The notes under the pieces were generated by a model. The model was not told the DNA's origin. It was given only the letters and a program-made list of their open reading frames with translations, and searched no databases. Position numbers and translations under genes: made by a program. From Podarcis filfolensis (taxonomy: Eukaryota): 64,000 bases of DNA. Location of the stretch: NCBI GenBank assembly GCA_964270895.1, contig OZ185437.1; one strand, given 5' to 3'. This document shows, piece after piece, positions 1-11,613 of this stretch; within the stretch, counting starts at the first letter, position 1, and the number at the start of each line of letters is the position of its first letter.

Positions 1-1
1 T

Positions 2-763
2 GATTTGACTGTGAAACCTAGTAGTCCAGTGAACAACAAGTTTGGTTTTCCTACAGTGCTACAGGGACCACAGGATGGTGTGATAGACTTAACTGTAGGT
101 CACAGGTCTAGACTACACAATGTTATCCATAGGGCTTTACATGCTCAAGTCAAAGTTGAACATGAAGCTAGCAGTGTTGTCAATCTGACTTTTGGTAGCT
201 CAGACAAAAGGAACTGCAATGACTGCAGGAACAATTGCAGCCCTACTGAAGCAAAAACGTTACCTTGCAGTGACCCAGTTCATTGTGGCCCCATCGCACC
301 GCCATTGGGCACTTCGGAAAACAGTACAGCTGCAGTTTGCAATGTTATTGTGAATGGCACAAAGGGCCCGGAGGTTTCCAAGAACTCAGAGCAGCCCCAG
401 GAGCAGAAAAAGTCTCAGCCTCTGGAGGAATTGCCAGTCAGTGAGCTGGAGTCTGTTAAGGAGAACAACTGTACATCGAACTGCCGACGGGAAGGAGAAT
501 CCGGTAAGAAGAGTGGGGAAGAGCCCCTGTTTGGGGGAGACAAGCAAGACCCCAACCTGAACAATCCTGCAGATGAGGACCATGCATATGCTTTGCGGAT
601 GCTACCCAAGGCAGGCTGTGTCATCCAGCCTGTGCCAAAACCAGTGGAAAAGACTGCAATTGCACCATGCATTATTTCAGCGCCAATTCTCAGCACAGGG
701 CCAGAAGATCTGGAGCCACCACTGAAAAGGAGGTGTCTCCGAATTCGAAATCAGAATAAGTAA
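2..763 (+). CDS. 3' part of a terminal coding exon (5'-truncated by the window) encoding the C-terminal ~253 aa of a predicted nuclear, largely disordered protein
   Basis: Frame is open from base 2 (GAT TTG ACT = DLT...) to TAA at 761-763 and is by far the longest ORF in the window. It ends in a basic NLS-like [11 protein letters not shown] and contains VIDLT, VKVE and DHAY motifs. AT-rich UTR-like sequence follows. The ORF-track start (TTG at 5) is an artefact. Confidence 0.85.
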   Translation, partial: DLTVKPSSPVNNKFGFPTVLQGPQDGVIDLTVGHRSRLHNVIHRALHAQVKVEHEASSVVNLTFGSSDKRNCNDCRNNCSPTEAKTLPCSDPVHCGPIAPPLGTSENSTAAVCNVIVNGTKGPEVSKNSEQPQEQKKSQPLEELPVSELESVKENNCTSNCRREGESGKKSGEEPLFGGDKQDPNLNNPADEDHAYALRMLPKAGCVIQPVPKPVEKTAIAPCIISAPILSTGPEDLEPPLKRRCLRIRNQNK

Positions 764-3700
764 AGGTTTGTGTAATCACTACAATCTTCTGTGTGAGTAA
801 AATGAATATCAGTGTTTTCAGGTAGGAGTGAAACACATGGAGGTAGCCATTTGTGAAACTGGGAGAAAGATTGTGGTTTGTGAATGCACAAGAAGGTCAT
901 TATTTATGTTTTGTCTTTGTCCTGTGACACCTTTGTATCTGTTTGTTTTGCATCCATTAGCTGTATATATTCTGTTATTCTTGTGGAATATTCTCTTAGA
1001 ACTCTGGCAGTGACGACTGTAGTGTTGCTTAGATCCTAACTAATGGATCTTTTCCTATGCCAACTTTTGAAGCCAGGAAACTGAGCAAGTGTATATGGCT
1101 AAGCCATCTGGGTAACAGCAATTCAGGATCTCTGTGCTTAACCATCACAATTTACCTTTTGGGCTAACCCATAGCAGAACAATTCAACCACTTGTAATTA
1201 GCTAAAATGCAAAGGCATTCTCATTTGACCTTCATCATTTTTCAAATGTACAGGTTTTAAGGCACCATAAGATTACTTCACATTAAAGGAAAACTCTGAT
1301 CTTTGTTTAAATGGAGAGACAATTTCATATGTTTCTTACCATTTTGGTTCTTACCAATGCATCCCAGTACAATGGGACCATGTTTATGTCACATTGCTCC
1401 ATTTACTCCTTGGCCCTTAGTGTACTGATTTCAAATGCATTTTTAATAGTCTTTGGCTGGGGCACCTCTGCATACAAAAACAACTACCAAAACAACAGCT
1501 GAGTCTTCTCTTTGAAACGGTGTTATTTTCAAACAAGTAACTCTCTCTTACACCTTTGTATTATTGCTGCAATAGGCATTTAAAGAAATGCTTAATATGC
1601 CAGATGTATAATTCAGATTCAGAACAAATTAATGTTCTGCTTTTAAAAGAAATTATTTGTGTTTGAGAAGCAGATGCTTGGATTTCTGACACTTCAAGAC
1701 TGATTCACTTCAGTATTTAGATGCTTTTTATATTGAGTCATTTTGAATCTCTTTATAAATAACTGTTCGGGGACTAAACAATTGCAGTCAAGTATTCATT
1801 ATTTTGCTCATTTTTGTTTGGTTAGAGGCGTGGGAGATGAGTGAATGTCTTCTAAGAAAACATTACCTGACACACGTACACAAACACACACACCTTTTAA
1901 TGGCTTTTCCACACAGTTAGGTTTCTGTACAATTACATATTTGATGCAAACATTTGCCTTCTTCCTGCAAACACAGCTTTGTGTAACATCTAGTTCAGCA
2001 CCCTGATCTCACAAAGGCCAACCTATAGGAAGCCTGAAAGCAGGACATATACCTTACAATAACCAGAGCAATGATATTAGCACAAATCAAACCAACACTC
2101 GTTTATTTTTTCCTCTCTCTTAGCAAAAAGGATTTGAGCCTTTGACAGCAATATGCCCATTTAAGTTTTTATATCAGCAGTGACAACTCATCTCAGTCCC
2201 AGTATTCCACCCCCATGTGGGTTGTTGCGAAGCAGTTAATCTTTCCCTGTCCCACCCCTAGAGGTCGCTGCTACAAGCAACAGCCCTTTTCATAAACTTT
2301 CACCTTCCTAAGTGCACACGCACACACACAAAACTGGATGTCAGTACAGGAATATACCCCACACACTTGCCATACATTGTTCTCTCACAGCCTAATTCCT
2401 CCAGCCATATTAGTATGGCAACACCAAGCTGCTTTTCAAGTCTGCCATAACTCACATTTTCTCAACCACCTGCAATATGGATATACCCATGGTGGTTTTT
2501 ATTTGAATTTACAACAGCAGAGTATTTTTTTTTAATGGTTACATACGCACAAAACAATACCATTTTTCATGAAGTTAAAACCTGAGTTAAACACAAGCTA
2601 CTGTTTTTGCTACTACCTTTTGCTTGTGGGTGGACAAGCTACTGCCGAGTCACCGCTGCACTAAAATTCTGGATTTTTTAGTTGCTTCCTCTGGGTAACA
2701 ATCATAGAAAAGGGGGAATTCTAAAACAGACCAGAACACAACTTCCTTCTTTCAGAATGAAGCAGGCAGTCCATCTCTGCTTTTATTTTATTTTTAATCT
2801 AGAGAGGAAATTTAGAGTGACATGTGCATCAAGAAAGACCCCCCACTGGCTGAAAAGTGAACCAGGAAGTCCTCTCTCCGTTGTTTATTTTTGGATCTTC
2901 CTTGGACTTGTATGACTAAATTTCTTCATAGTAGTCATCAATCACAGCTGTGACTTCACCAATTGGCTAAAAATATGGAGAGGAAGAAGCAATTGCTTTG
3001 AATGGTGCCTGCCCATATCGTTTCATGTCTTTTCCACTAAGTGATCTCAAAACTTTTTTTTTTTAATGAAAGTTCAGCATCTGGGCCCCCATTGGCTCTG
3101 GGCCAGTACAGAGGTACCTTTTGTACCTGCTTCTCAGTGGCCCCTGTTTAAAATATTGCTGCTCTATTCTTCTTCCTTTCATCTTGTCAACAGATGTAGT
3201 TGCATTTTCTTACGATTCATGAGCTGAGAAAACCTAACTCACTGCAACGTGGAGTACCCCTTAACCTCTAGTAATTTATATTTTATGCTATCATGGCAAT
3301 GTTTTGCCATGACAGTGCTATTAGAACACACAAAAGTACCATGGAGAAATTTCCATTCAAAACAAAGAGAATATGGGGTATCTTAGGATCTGGCAACATT
3401 TTTATTATTATAGAGCAGAAAATTACTGACCTGGGATAATTATTGATGTAACATTTTCAGGATGACCATAATATAAACTGGGTAAGCTCTCACATTACTA
3501 CAAAAGTGTTTTTAAGGCTGCAATTCTAGACACTTACCTGGGAACAAGCCCCACTGACTCAACTCAGTAGTTATGCAGTAGTTACTTATGAGTAACTACT
3601 GTAAGAAGCCACTGTAAAGGTATTTTATATATACATACGTGTATATTATTTATATATGTGTGTGTGTGTGTGTGTCTTTTAGTTCAGCACCCTTAACAAG

Positions 3701-6188
3701 TCATTACTTTTTAAAAAAACGAATACGTTCATCCAAGATTTGGCCTAAAGAATCTCCTTGGTGTTTGATATCTCAGATTTGAAGTTCCAGTCCAATACTG
3801 CTCTCCGGATGGATTCAGAGCCCCATTGCTCACATCTAAATGATGGACGTCTATATGATGTCTTCCTGCTATGTTGCTGCCACCATGACTAATTATGTTT
3901 ATCATACACATATACAATGCATACAGTATGTTTGTGCATGTTCACGTACCACACAATTACAATTGTGCTGGGTGTGAGTAGACAGTATAAGAGGAGTTAT
4001 GGGGAGGGGCCCACAAGTCTGTAATATCTGTATTTTGGCTTTGGATAGGGTTATTATAAATTTCTGGACAGATCCAAACACCAGTGATGCAAATAAATTA
4101 TATGTTATCCAACCCTTAGACTTAACTATTTCCCATACACCTGGGAGGGGAAACTGCTTATTTTCCCATAATATTTAAAATATCAGGAACTGTTCATATG
4201 AACAATTCTGATGTATCCCACTTGTCAGAAATATAGTATATAGGTTTTATTTAAACCTTCATGTTACCCTATATACTGAAAGATGATTCAAGTTAATATT
4301 TGGGTTTGTATATGCACACCTATAGTTTGTATAAGAAATGTGCTGTAGCATGTAAAATAGTTCAGTGTTTTGATTCCCTATTTCATGTAAAGCTAACCCG
4401 TCATTAAATTGCATTGATCTTCCATTACATTCCTCATATAGCATCTGTGTCTTGTCAGGTCATGTTCCTTCACTTAACTGTTTATTATAAAATGTGAATG
4501 CTTAGGCAAAGCAGAACCTTGGTATGTTTTAAGGATTTTGTTTACAGACATGTCTTATTTTCTTCTCCTCCAGGTAATTCTGTATAGAAACTTGTAGACA
4601 ATAATTTGACACTGGACAAATTGCCGTTAGAAAATTATTGATAAAACAAAATGATTCATGAGTTATTTCCAATATAGAGGCCCACAAAATATTTTATGTG
4701 AAAAATAACAGCGAAGGCATTACCATGAACAGCTTTTGTCCTATTATTTTAACAATCTGGTATTATTGTCTATCGTCCTAAAAGTTCTTTTTGAAATATG
4801 TTGTTGATATTTTCATTTTCCAAGTAGAAGTTCATTGTTCTGTTTTCTGAGGGGACTCTGTAACATCAGTTAGACATTTGATGTTAATTCATAGCTTAGA
4901 AGGCCTTACTTTGTATTCTAACACTCATTTTTATCCCCTATTTATGACACGTAGGGAGTAGACCATTTTAGGCAGGGATCGGTGATGGTTTTCAGTTTTC
5001 CAATACCATTCATTTGCTAGAATTGTGTTGTTTTTTTCTGCATCTACAGCTTGGCCAAAGAAATTGAGCTGGTGCAGATTGTCAGTCTCCACTGAAGACC
5101 ATATGGAGTTTAGATCCTGTATCAGCTGGGGGAGTTCTAGGAATAAAAAGCTGAGTTACTAAATTATCTCTTATATTTCCAAGAAAAGAGGAGTGAAGTC
5201 TTTCACAATACAACCACAAGACCTCTTGTGTACAAATTCAGCAATGCATCAACGTTCTGCAGACAGAGATTAAAAATCCAACTACAAGATAATAATGGTT
5301 GCGCAGACAGTGCCAATGAAAGAGAGCAACTGTCCATCATCACTAATTCAGCAACTCCACCACTAATTCCACCTCTTTCCTTACAATTTCCTTTCTCATA
5401 GCACACAAAAGAGTGCTGAATCTGAGATTTTGGGGGTCATCAGCAAAGTGCTTTTAGTGTTCCTCTTATTCTGTAATGAGGTAGGGCATGCAAACAGTAA
5501 TTCTCTCATGCTCTCTTCAGCCTTCTTGCATATCAACATCTACAGTGAGGCTAGTAGCCCCTTGCCTGTCTTAGGAGAGCTCCTACAAGTGCCATGCACA
5601 AGGAATGCTTCTCGAATCAGGGAAGGGTTGTGTGTGTGCATCAGAGTTAGCAGTGGCTAGCCACAACCCAGTATTCTGAGTGTTTTGCATAATTTGAATT
5701 ATGATTATTTTTATATGCAGGTTTTCCCATAGGTTAATTTGCTCAGTGTTCTACAGTGGTTTCATGAATGTGTTAATTGTTTACCAGTATTGCAGGTTTT
5801 AAGGTTGTGTGGGTCCCTCTCATGTTTTACATTAATAGACTTCTTTGTGCAGAACCTTCTCTTATTTGTAGCTTGTACTTACATAGTTGAATACATCCCT
5901 TATGATTTTAACATCTAAGTAGGTGCACTAGCAGGAGCCTGCACTATGAGTCCTGCTAATACTACAGGACTTTTCCCCCTTCTGTCCCCATGCTTCCCCC
6001 ACAACTGGCCTGAGGGGGTGTCTGGAGAACCAGCAAAACAGTGCAAAGGGGAGGAGAGGTGAGATGTTTCTATCAGGCAAGCTGAAAAGTTTGCACTGAA
6101 GGAACAGTGGGAAGAGTACAACATTGAGTTTTTCCTTAGATGCTGTAAGGATGGGTCTCCTTTAATTGTCATGGGTAAGTATCCTGGA

Positions 6189-6527
6189 CAATGCCGGATT
6201 TACGTATAAGCTAAACAAGCTATAGCTTAGGGTCCCACTCTCTTGGAGCCTCCAAAAATATTTAAAGGGGGGGAAAACCTGGATGCACATTTCCAAAATA
6301 TAAGATAAAAAACAAAATGAAACCTACATACAGCAACAGTGTTTTGTGTTGTGTAGGCTCCTATGATGTAAGAAATGTGCCCCGCCTGCTAGCCTGCTCC
6401 CTAAAATATCACTCGTTTGCTCATTTCTAACAGCGACAATTTGTTGTTGACAAAGGACAGCTGGACATATAAAGGGCCCCATTACTTTCAGTAGCTTAGG
6501 GCCTCATCAAACCTAAATCCGGCTCTG
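6189..6527. mobile_element. Non-autonomous hAT MITE (339 bp)
   Basis: TIRs caatgccggattta / taaatccggctctg. 8-bp TSD atcctgga (6181-6188) / atcccgga (6528-6535) with one mismatch. Confidence 0.85.
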
Positions 6528-6643
6528 ATCCCGGAAGCCTTTTCTGTGTGTATTTTTAAGCAAAAACTATTTAAATGAATGGGAACTGCACAAAATACAT
6601 TTCCAATGGGCTTTGCTTATGTTAACAAAATTTATTCTATCTA

Positions 6644-6906
6644 CAGTGGTACCTCGCAAGACGAATGCCTCGGAAGACGAAAAACTTGCAAGACGAAAGA
6701 GTTTTTCGTTTTTTGAGTTGCTTCGCAAGACGAATTTCCCTATGGGCTTGCTTCGCAAGACGAAAACATCTTGCGAGTTTGTTTCCTTTTTCTTAAAACC
6801 GCTTGAGGAGGTGCAGTTGCGACTTGACCGTGCTTCGCAAGACGAAAAATTCGGAAGACAAAAAAACTTGCAGAACGAATTAATTTCGCCTTGTGAGGCA
6901 CCACTG
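6644..6906. mobile_element. Tc1/mariner (pogo/Tigger-like) MITE, family A (263 bp)
   Basis: Flanked by TA on both sides. TIR cagtggtacctcgcaagacgaa versus ttcgccttgtgaggcaccactg. The motif (c)ttcgcaagacgaa is repeated internally. Confidence 0.9.
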
Positions 6907-9105
6907 TATTTCATAGCCTACTGCAATAATAAAATGAGCAGGTATGTCCATGGTAGCATTTCAGTGATACAGAGAGAATCCTAGTTGTAGTAGTTGAAGC
7001 CAAGGCAGTCAATACAATAGCACCATTTCAGGCGCATGTCCAGACTCTAGAAGTGGTTTCTAAATGCACTATTTACTTGACACTTGATTATTGGAAATAC
7101 TAATTAGCAACACATTCCCCACTGACTGAGAAGTTTGGCCATCAGAGTAAAGGCTGTCAAGCTGATACTGCCTGATACAATTCAGACAGCCCACCAAAAT
7201 TCTGCATGTCCCAGCTTCACAGTGAGAGATTAGGACATGTTGGTTAAAGAAACATTTTTCTGGGTTTAATTGTTTTGTATTTGAGGAAGGAAAAACTTTC
7301 GAAATTAACCATGTGAAGTTGGCTGCATCCAAATAGAATTATTTTAATTCTACATTACAAGGAAAGGAGTTGCTAAAATGAAAAAGATTGAATTATACAC
7401 ATATCATTTAGCTGCCATACTGTATCTATCTCTCTCCCCCACCCCTGCCAGTCATCCCCAAAGTAGAAAATTAAATGCCACACTTGACTAAATACTGGAC
7501 TAGAATCTTGCACATGCAGGAGTCGGCTTTTTGGGACAATATAAAAAACATCATTTGTGGAATACTAACAAAAAATGGATGCAAAAAAGCTTAATCCTGC
7601 ATATAGTAGAGGATGCAAATAAAGGACTGGCCACAATCGAAGCTGGCATTAGCAAGATGACCAAGTACATTTCCATGGGTACCATTCATGGACCCAGTGA
7701 GTTATATGAATCAGCCCTCAGGCATCACTATGTGTTACATGTTTACCCCAAGTTGTTGTGGGGGGATTATTCCCCCCCCCCACAAAAGACCTTTTATTTT
7801 CTCCTCATAGAACAACCTTAATATTTATCAGGAAAATGCCAATATGCATTGCTTCATAAGCAGAATATAGAGTAACCAACTGTGCTATACAAATTTTGAA
7901 ACAAAGATCCTTCAAGGGAAGCCCCTGCCAGTTGCCATTTTAAAATCTGAGTTGAATAACTTAAATATGGGCTTGCTCTTTTCTAGCTCCCCATCCAGTT
8001 GATCAGAGATCTTAAGTTGTGGGTCTCAAGTAACTTGAAACAAAAATAAAGCAAATTGCTCCCAGTATAGGATTGCTGGTTGCTGGACAATCATTTTTGG
8101 CTGAGAAGGCATACAAAACTTTAATTTATGAAGCCCAAAACTTGCCTTTTAAGCAGCTTTCAAGCTTCAGATCCATGACATGTAACAAAGCAGCCTTCTG
8201 AATTCATGCATTAGGCTTTTCCTTTACAACCTTTCTGCTGATATTTTATTTGTTTTATTAAATTTATATCCTGCCCTTCTTCCCAAAGCAGCTCAGGATG
8301 GCATATGCTTCTGACAAACTAATGTTTAAGGACACCTCCAACAAAAGGATGCATCTCAGTCAGCAACTATCATGTACCAGGATGCCGATCTTTGGAAGTT
8401 ATTTTTTTCTTTCCTTCAGACTCATGTTCCTATCTGTGATGGGCTAGTAAACACATATACAGAACCAAAGCCCCAACAGGACTCTTAAAATGAAAAGCAT
8501 CCTCTGGAGGCTGCTATTCTGAGCAGAGAAAGGACAGGGAAATGTTGCGTAATCCTTCCCCACAACCCATTTTCCCAGTAAAAATCATTGAGTTGGCTTC
8601 TGTAGGGTACCAGATGTGCATATATGCAGATAAATATGCACCTAGAATGTTGACAGGTGCAAGAATTGGGGTTGAGAGAGCTGCTTGTGGGCCTTCATAG
8701 ATGGAGGGACAACTTGAGCAGTGGGAGAACAGTTAAGTATTCCCTTCCCTTACTGCTTTCGCAGCCAGAATTAGTCTATTGAGGCTGCTTAAAAAAAAAA
8801 AAAAAGTTTTGGGTTTTCACTACATATATTTGTGTGTAACATCTAGTAGACATTGGAAGAAGTGCCAGTAAAGTCCTGCTCCATGGCAGCCATAAGGGAA
8901 TAACAGTCAGGAAGTGCTGTAAGGTGCTTGTGGGACTCTCTGTCTCTGCTTTAGCACCGGGAGCCCTGCAACTATTCTACCTCAAACATACTCTTAAACT
9001 CCATATGCTAACTTGGAAATGTGTGACTTTAGGAAATGCAACATGGACCACACCATGATAACCAGGCAAGTAAAGTAATTTAATGTAATAAAGAGAACAG
9101 AAGTA

Positions 9106-9315
9106 CAATGGTACCTCGTGTTAAGAACTTAATTCGTTCCGGAGGTCTGTTCTTAACCTGAAACTGTTCTTAACCTGAGGTACCACTTTAGCTAATGGGG
9201 CCTCCCGCTGCCGCTGCGCCGCTGGAGCGCAATTTCTGTTCTCATCCTGAAGCAAAGTTCTTAACCCGCGGTACTATTTCTGGGTTAGCAGAGTCTGTAA
9301 CCTGAGGTACCACTG
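9106..9315 (+). mobile_element. Tc1/mariner (pogo/Tigger-like) MITE, family B, copy 1 (210 bp)
   Basis: TA|caatggtacctc...gaggtaccactg|TA. Interior (ttaattcgttccggagg...accactttagctaatgggg) is shared with four other copies in the window. Confidence 0.92.
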
Positions 9316-9730
9316 TAATACAGACACACAGTTAAACATTAGAAAAATAAATAAGATAGAAGATGCAAACTAGCTCACTGATAATATTGGCTTAGGGCCA
9401 TACCACACTTTTCCTCAGCAAATCCATAATCTCAACCTCATATTTTGCCAAGAAAAGTGTGGGGTTGGGGGCAGCCACAGAGGCTGATCGGTGGGTGGAG
9501 GGACAGGAATGTATAACCCTTCCTTAACCCTCCCCTGAAAATGCTCCATATTTCCCACTCAAATCCGATTTTGGAGCCTCGCCGCTAGGAGCGGGGAACA
9601 CAACTTTATGTATGAGGGCATTTGCCAAGGGAAATCAGTGAGCAGGAGATGAATTAAGTCCCCAGCCCCCATCATAAGAATCAGGAAGAAAATACAGGAT
9701 TAGGAACTGTTTTCCTCATAATGTCTAATT

Positions 9731-9870
9731 CTACCCTAATCCTATGAGGTCAGTTAGTCTAAGAGACAGCAAGTGGCTTAATGCCATCGGACTGAATTTC
9801 ATGACAGGGTATTTGAATGTGAGCTTCCAACATCCAAATACAATTATCTAGCCACTATTCCATTCTGGCT
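9731..9870 (-). mobile_element. Degenerate MIR/Ther1-like (Squam3-type) SINE fragment
   Basis: Resembles the reverse complement of a tRNA-headed CORE SINE (...gtatttgaatgtgagc...ctagccactattccattctggct). Recognised from memory and highly diverged. Confidence 0.45.
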
Positions 9871-11472
9871 CACCTTACTTCTGATTTGCTTGCCCAACCT
9901 ATTTCTTCATTATTGGCCATTTATGTATCCCATGGCAGTTGTCCAGATCCAATGTGATCTGTTTCCTGCAAAAAGCACTGCTTTATTTCTCTTTCAAACC
10001 TAGAATCTGTCCATTGGATGTGCTCAGACTAAATAAAAACCAAGTAAATATTTCCCAGGCTAGCACCATTTATGGATTCTTAGTATGGTGGACCAGTTCT
10101 CCTTCTCCCAAACCATCTTCACTTTGGCTTAAAGCCCAGCAAAGTTCTTGGCTATTTTTGATTAATGCAATTATGGAAACCACGGGCATAATTGAACAGC
10201 GACAGCTGGAATTGAGAACACAGTTAAAACTCCACATGCGCATCAGGGAAAATAAAAGTGAAGTGGCATCTATGTCCTTCAATATGCAAACCTGGAAAGA
10301 GATAAGACTAGCCGTTCTTTAAGCACTTTAACTAGATAGATTGTTGTCTCAGGTTTGTCCTTAGGCCACAGTGTCAGCAAAGCCTACAACACATTATTAT
10401 ATCAGATTTGAGCCTTATTGTTCAGTTATGCTGTGCGTTGTCCATCAGGTACCTTGTGTGATTTGTTCCCACTATGTGAAAGGTGTTTGTGGCTGGAGGT
10501 ATGTTTGTTGCACCAGAAAAGGAATGCAAAAAAGGTAAATATGAAAACTATACAAGCCAGAGAAAGAGTCTGAATTTGATACCTAGCTAAGTAATCTATG
10601 TTTATTTAACTCTGTGATGACCAGTCTGCTAAACTCCCAGTGCATCGGCTTACAGCAGGTTTAGGTCCCCTTTCTCCGTCTTATATCCAAGGATTTATTT
10701 CTCTAGGCCTCTTCGTGGTATTTGAAAGTATGATATTCCTGTTTAACTTGTGCCTCAGTTTGTAATAAGATCCACCCTGCAGCTGGATTAGTTTTTCAAA
10801 TGTTCCTAAAATGTTGCTTAAATTTAAGCCAACCTACAATAACAAATTATGTAGAGACAAAAAGATCAAACTGAATTTGTATTTTTTATATAAAAAAATC
10901 CTCCAGTCCCCACCCCCAATTAAATTCCAGTTTTCAATCCTTGTTTTGAAAACTCAGACTGTGTAACAAAACCTTTCCCTTTGGAAGTGCAGACACGTAG
11001 GAGCTTGGATAGTGTAGAATGAAGCAAACAATCAGACTTTGATTTGTCTGCAAAGTTCTGCATCTTAACAACCTATTAGTATGTTCACCCTATATTTAGA
11101 GTAATTTTAAGCTACTTATGAGGAGCCTATGTGGTTAAGTGTAAGCCTTGCTGTCATTGTGAACTACAGTACGTGTGCTGTTGCCTTAGACAGCTGTATG
11201 TTTTGTATGAAGCTACCATTTCAAAGTTTATTTGTTTGTGTGTTTGTTTGCTCATTTGTTTGCATGTTTTTCATCAAAAGACTCCTTTTTCACAGGCATT
11301 TTGATGTATGAATGGTTATATGGAAGAGGTGAACAGTGAGTTCACTGCAGTTTCATACATTGCTATTAAGCTTCTTCACTTTAAATATGGATGTCATGCT
11401 ATTCTGCATGTGTGTTAACTCAACTTTTTATGTAAAGGGAACCTGCAGAGCAGCCCAAAGTTTATCCCATAT

Positions 11473-11613
11473 CAGGTGCCAACTCCCTTGGGCCCTGGCT
11501 GCCCAAGCAGCCACAAATTTTCCCATGAAGGGGCTGGGCACCCACAAATATTGGTGCCAGGGCCATGCATGCTGCATGGCACCCACAGTCCCGAGGCCAA
11601 GCTGGCACTCCTG
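11473..11613. mobile_element. Short hAT MITE (141 bp)
   Basis: Imperfect TIRs caggtgccaact / agctggcactcctg. 8-bp TSD tcccatat / acccatat (7/8). Confidence 0.7.

Noticed and set aside
2-763. Assigning a gene symbol to the terminal exon
   Set aside because: I do not recognise the protein with confidence. A BLASTP search is needed.
3729-3917. 62-aa minus-strand ORF with a protein-like composition
   Set aside because: No recognisable homology or convincing splice or start context. It probably lies in the 3' UTR of the plus-strand gene.
4092-5147. AATAAA at 4092 and 5142 as the polyA site, and acceptor-like sites at 4574 and 5050 as alternative last exons
   Set aside because: AATAAA is common in AT-rich DNA, and the would-be exons give only short unrecognisable peptides. 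No transcript evidence is available.
6567-6984. Overlapping 115-aa and 123-aa ORFs
   Set aside because: They arise from the repetitive interior of the family A MITE and have no transposase features.
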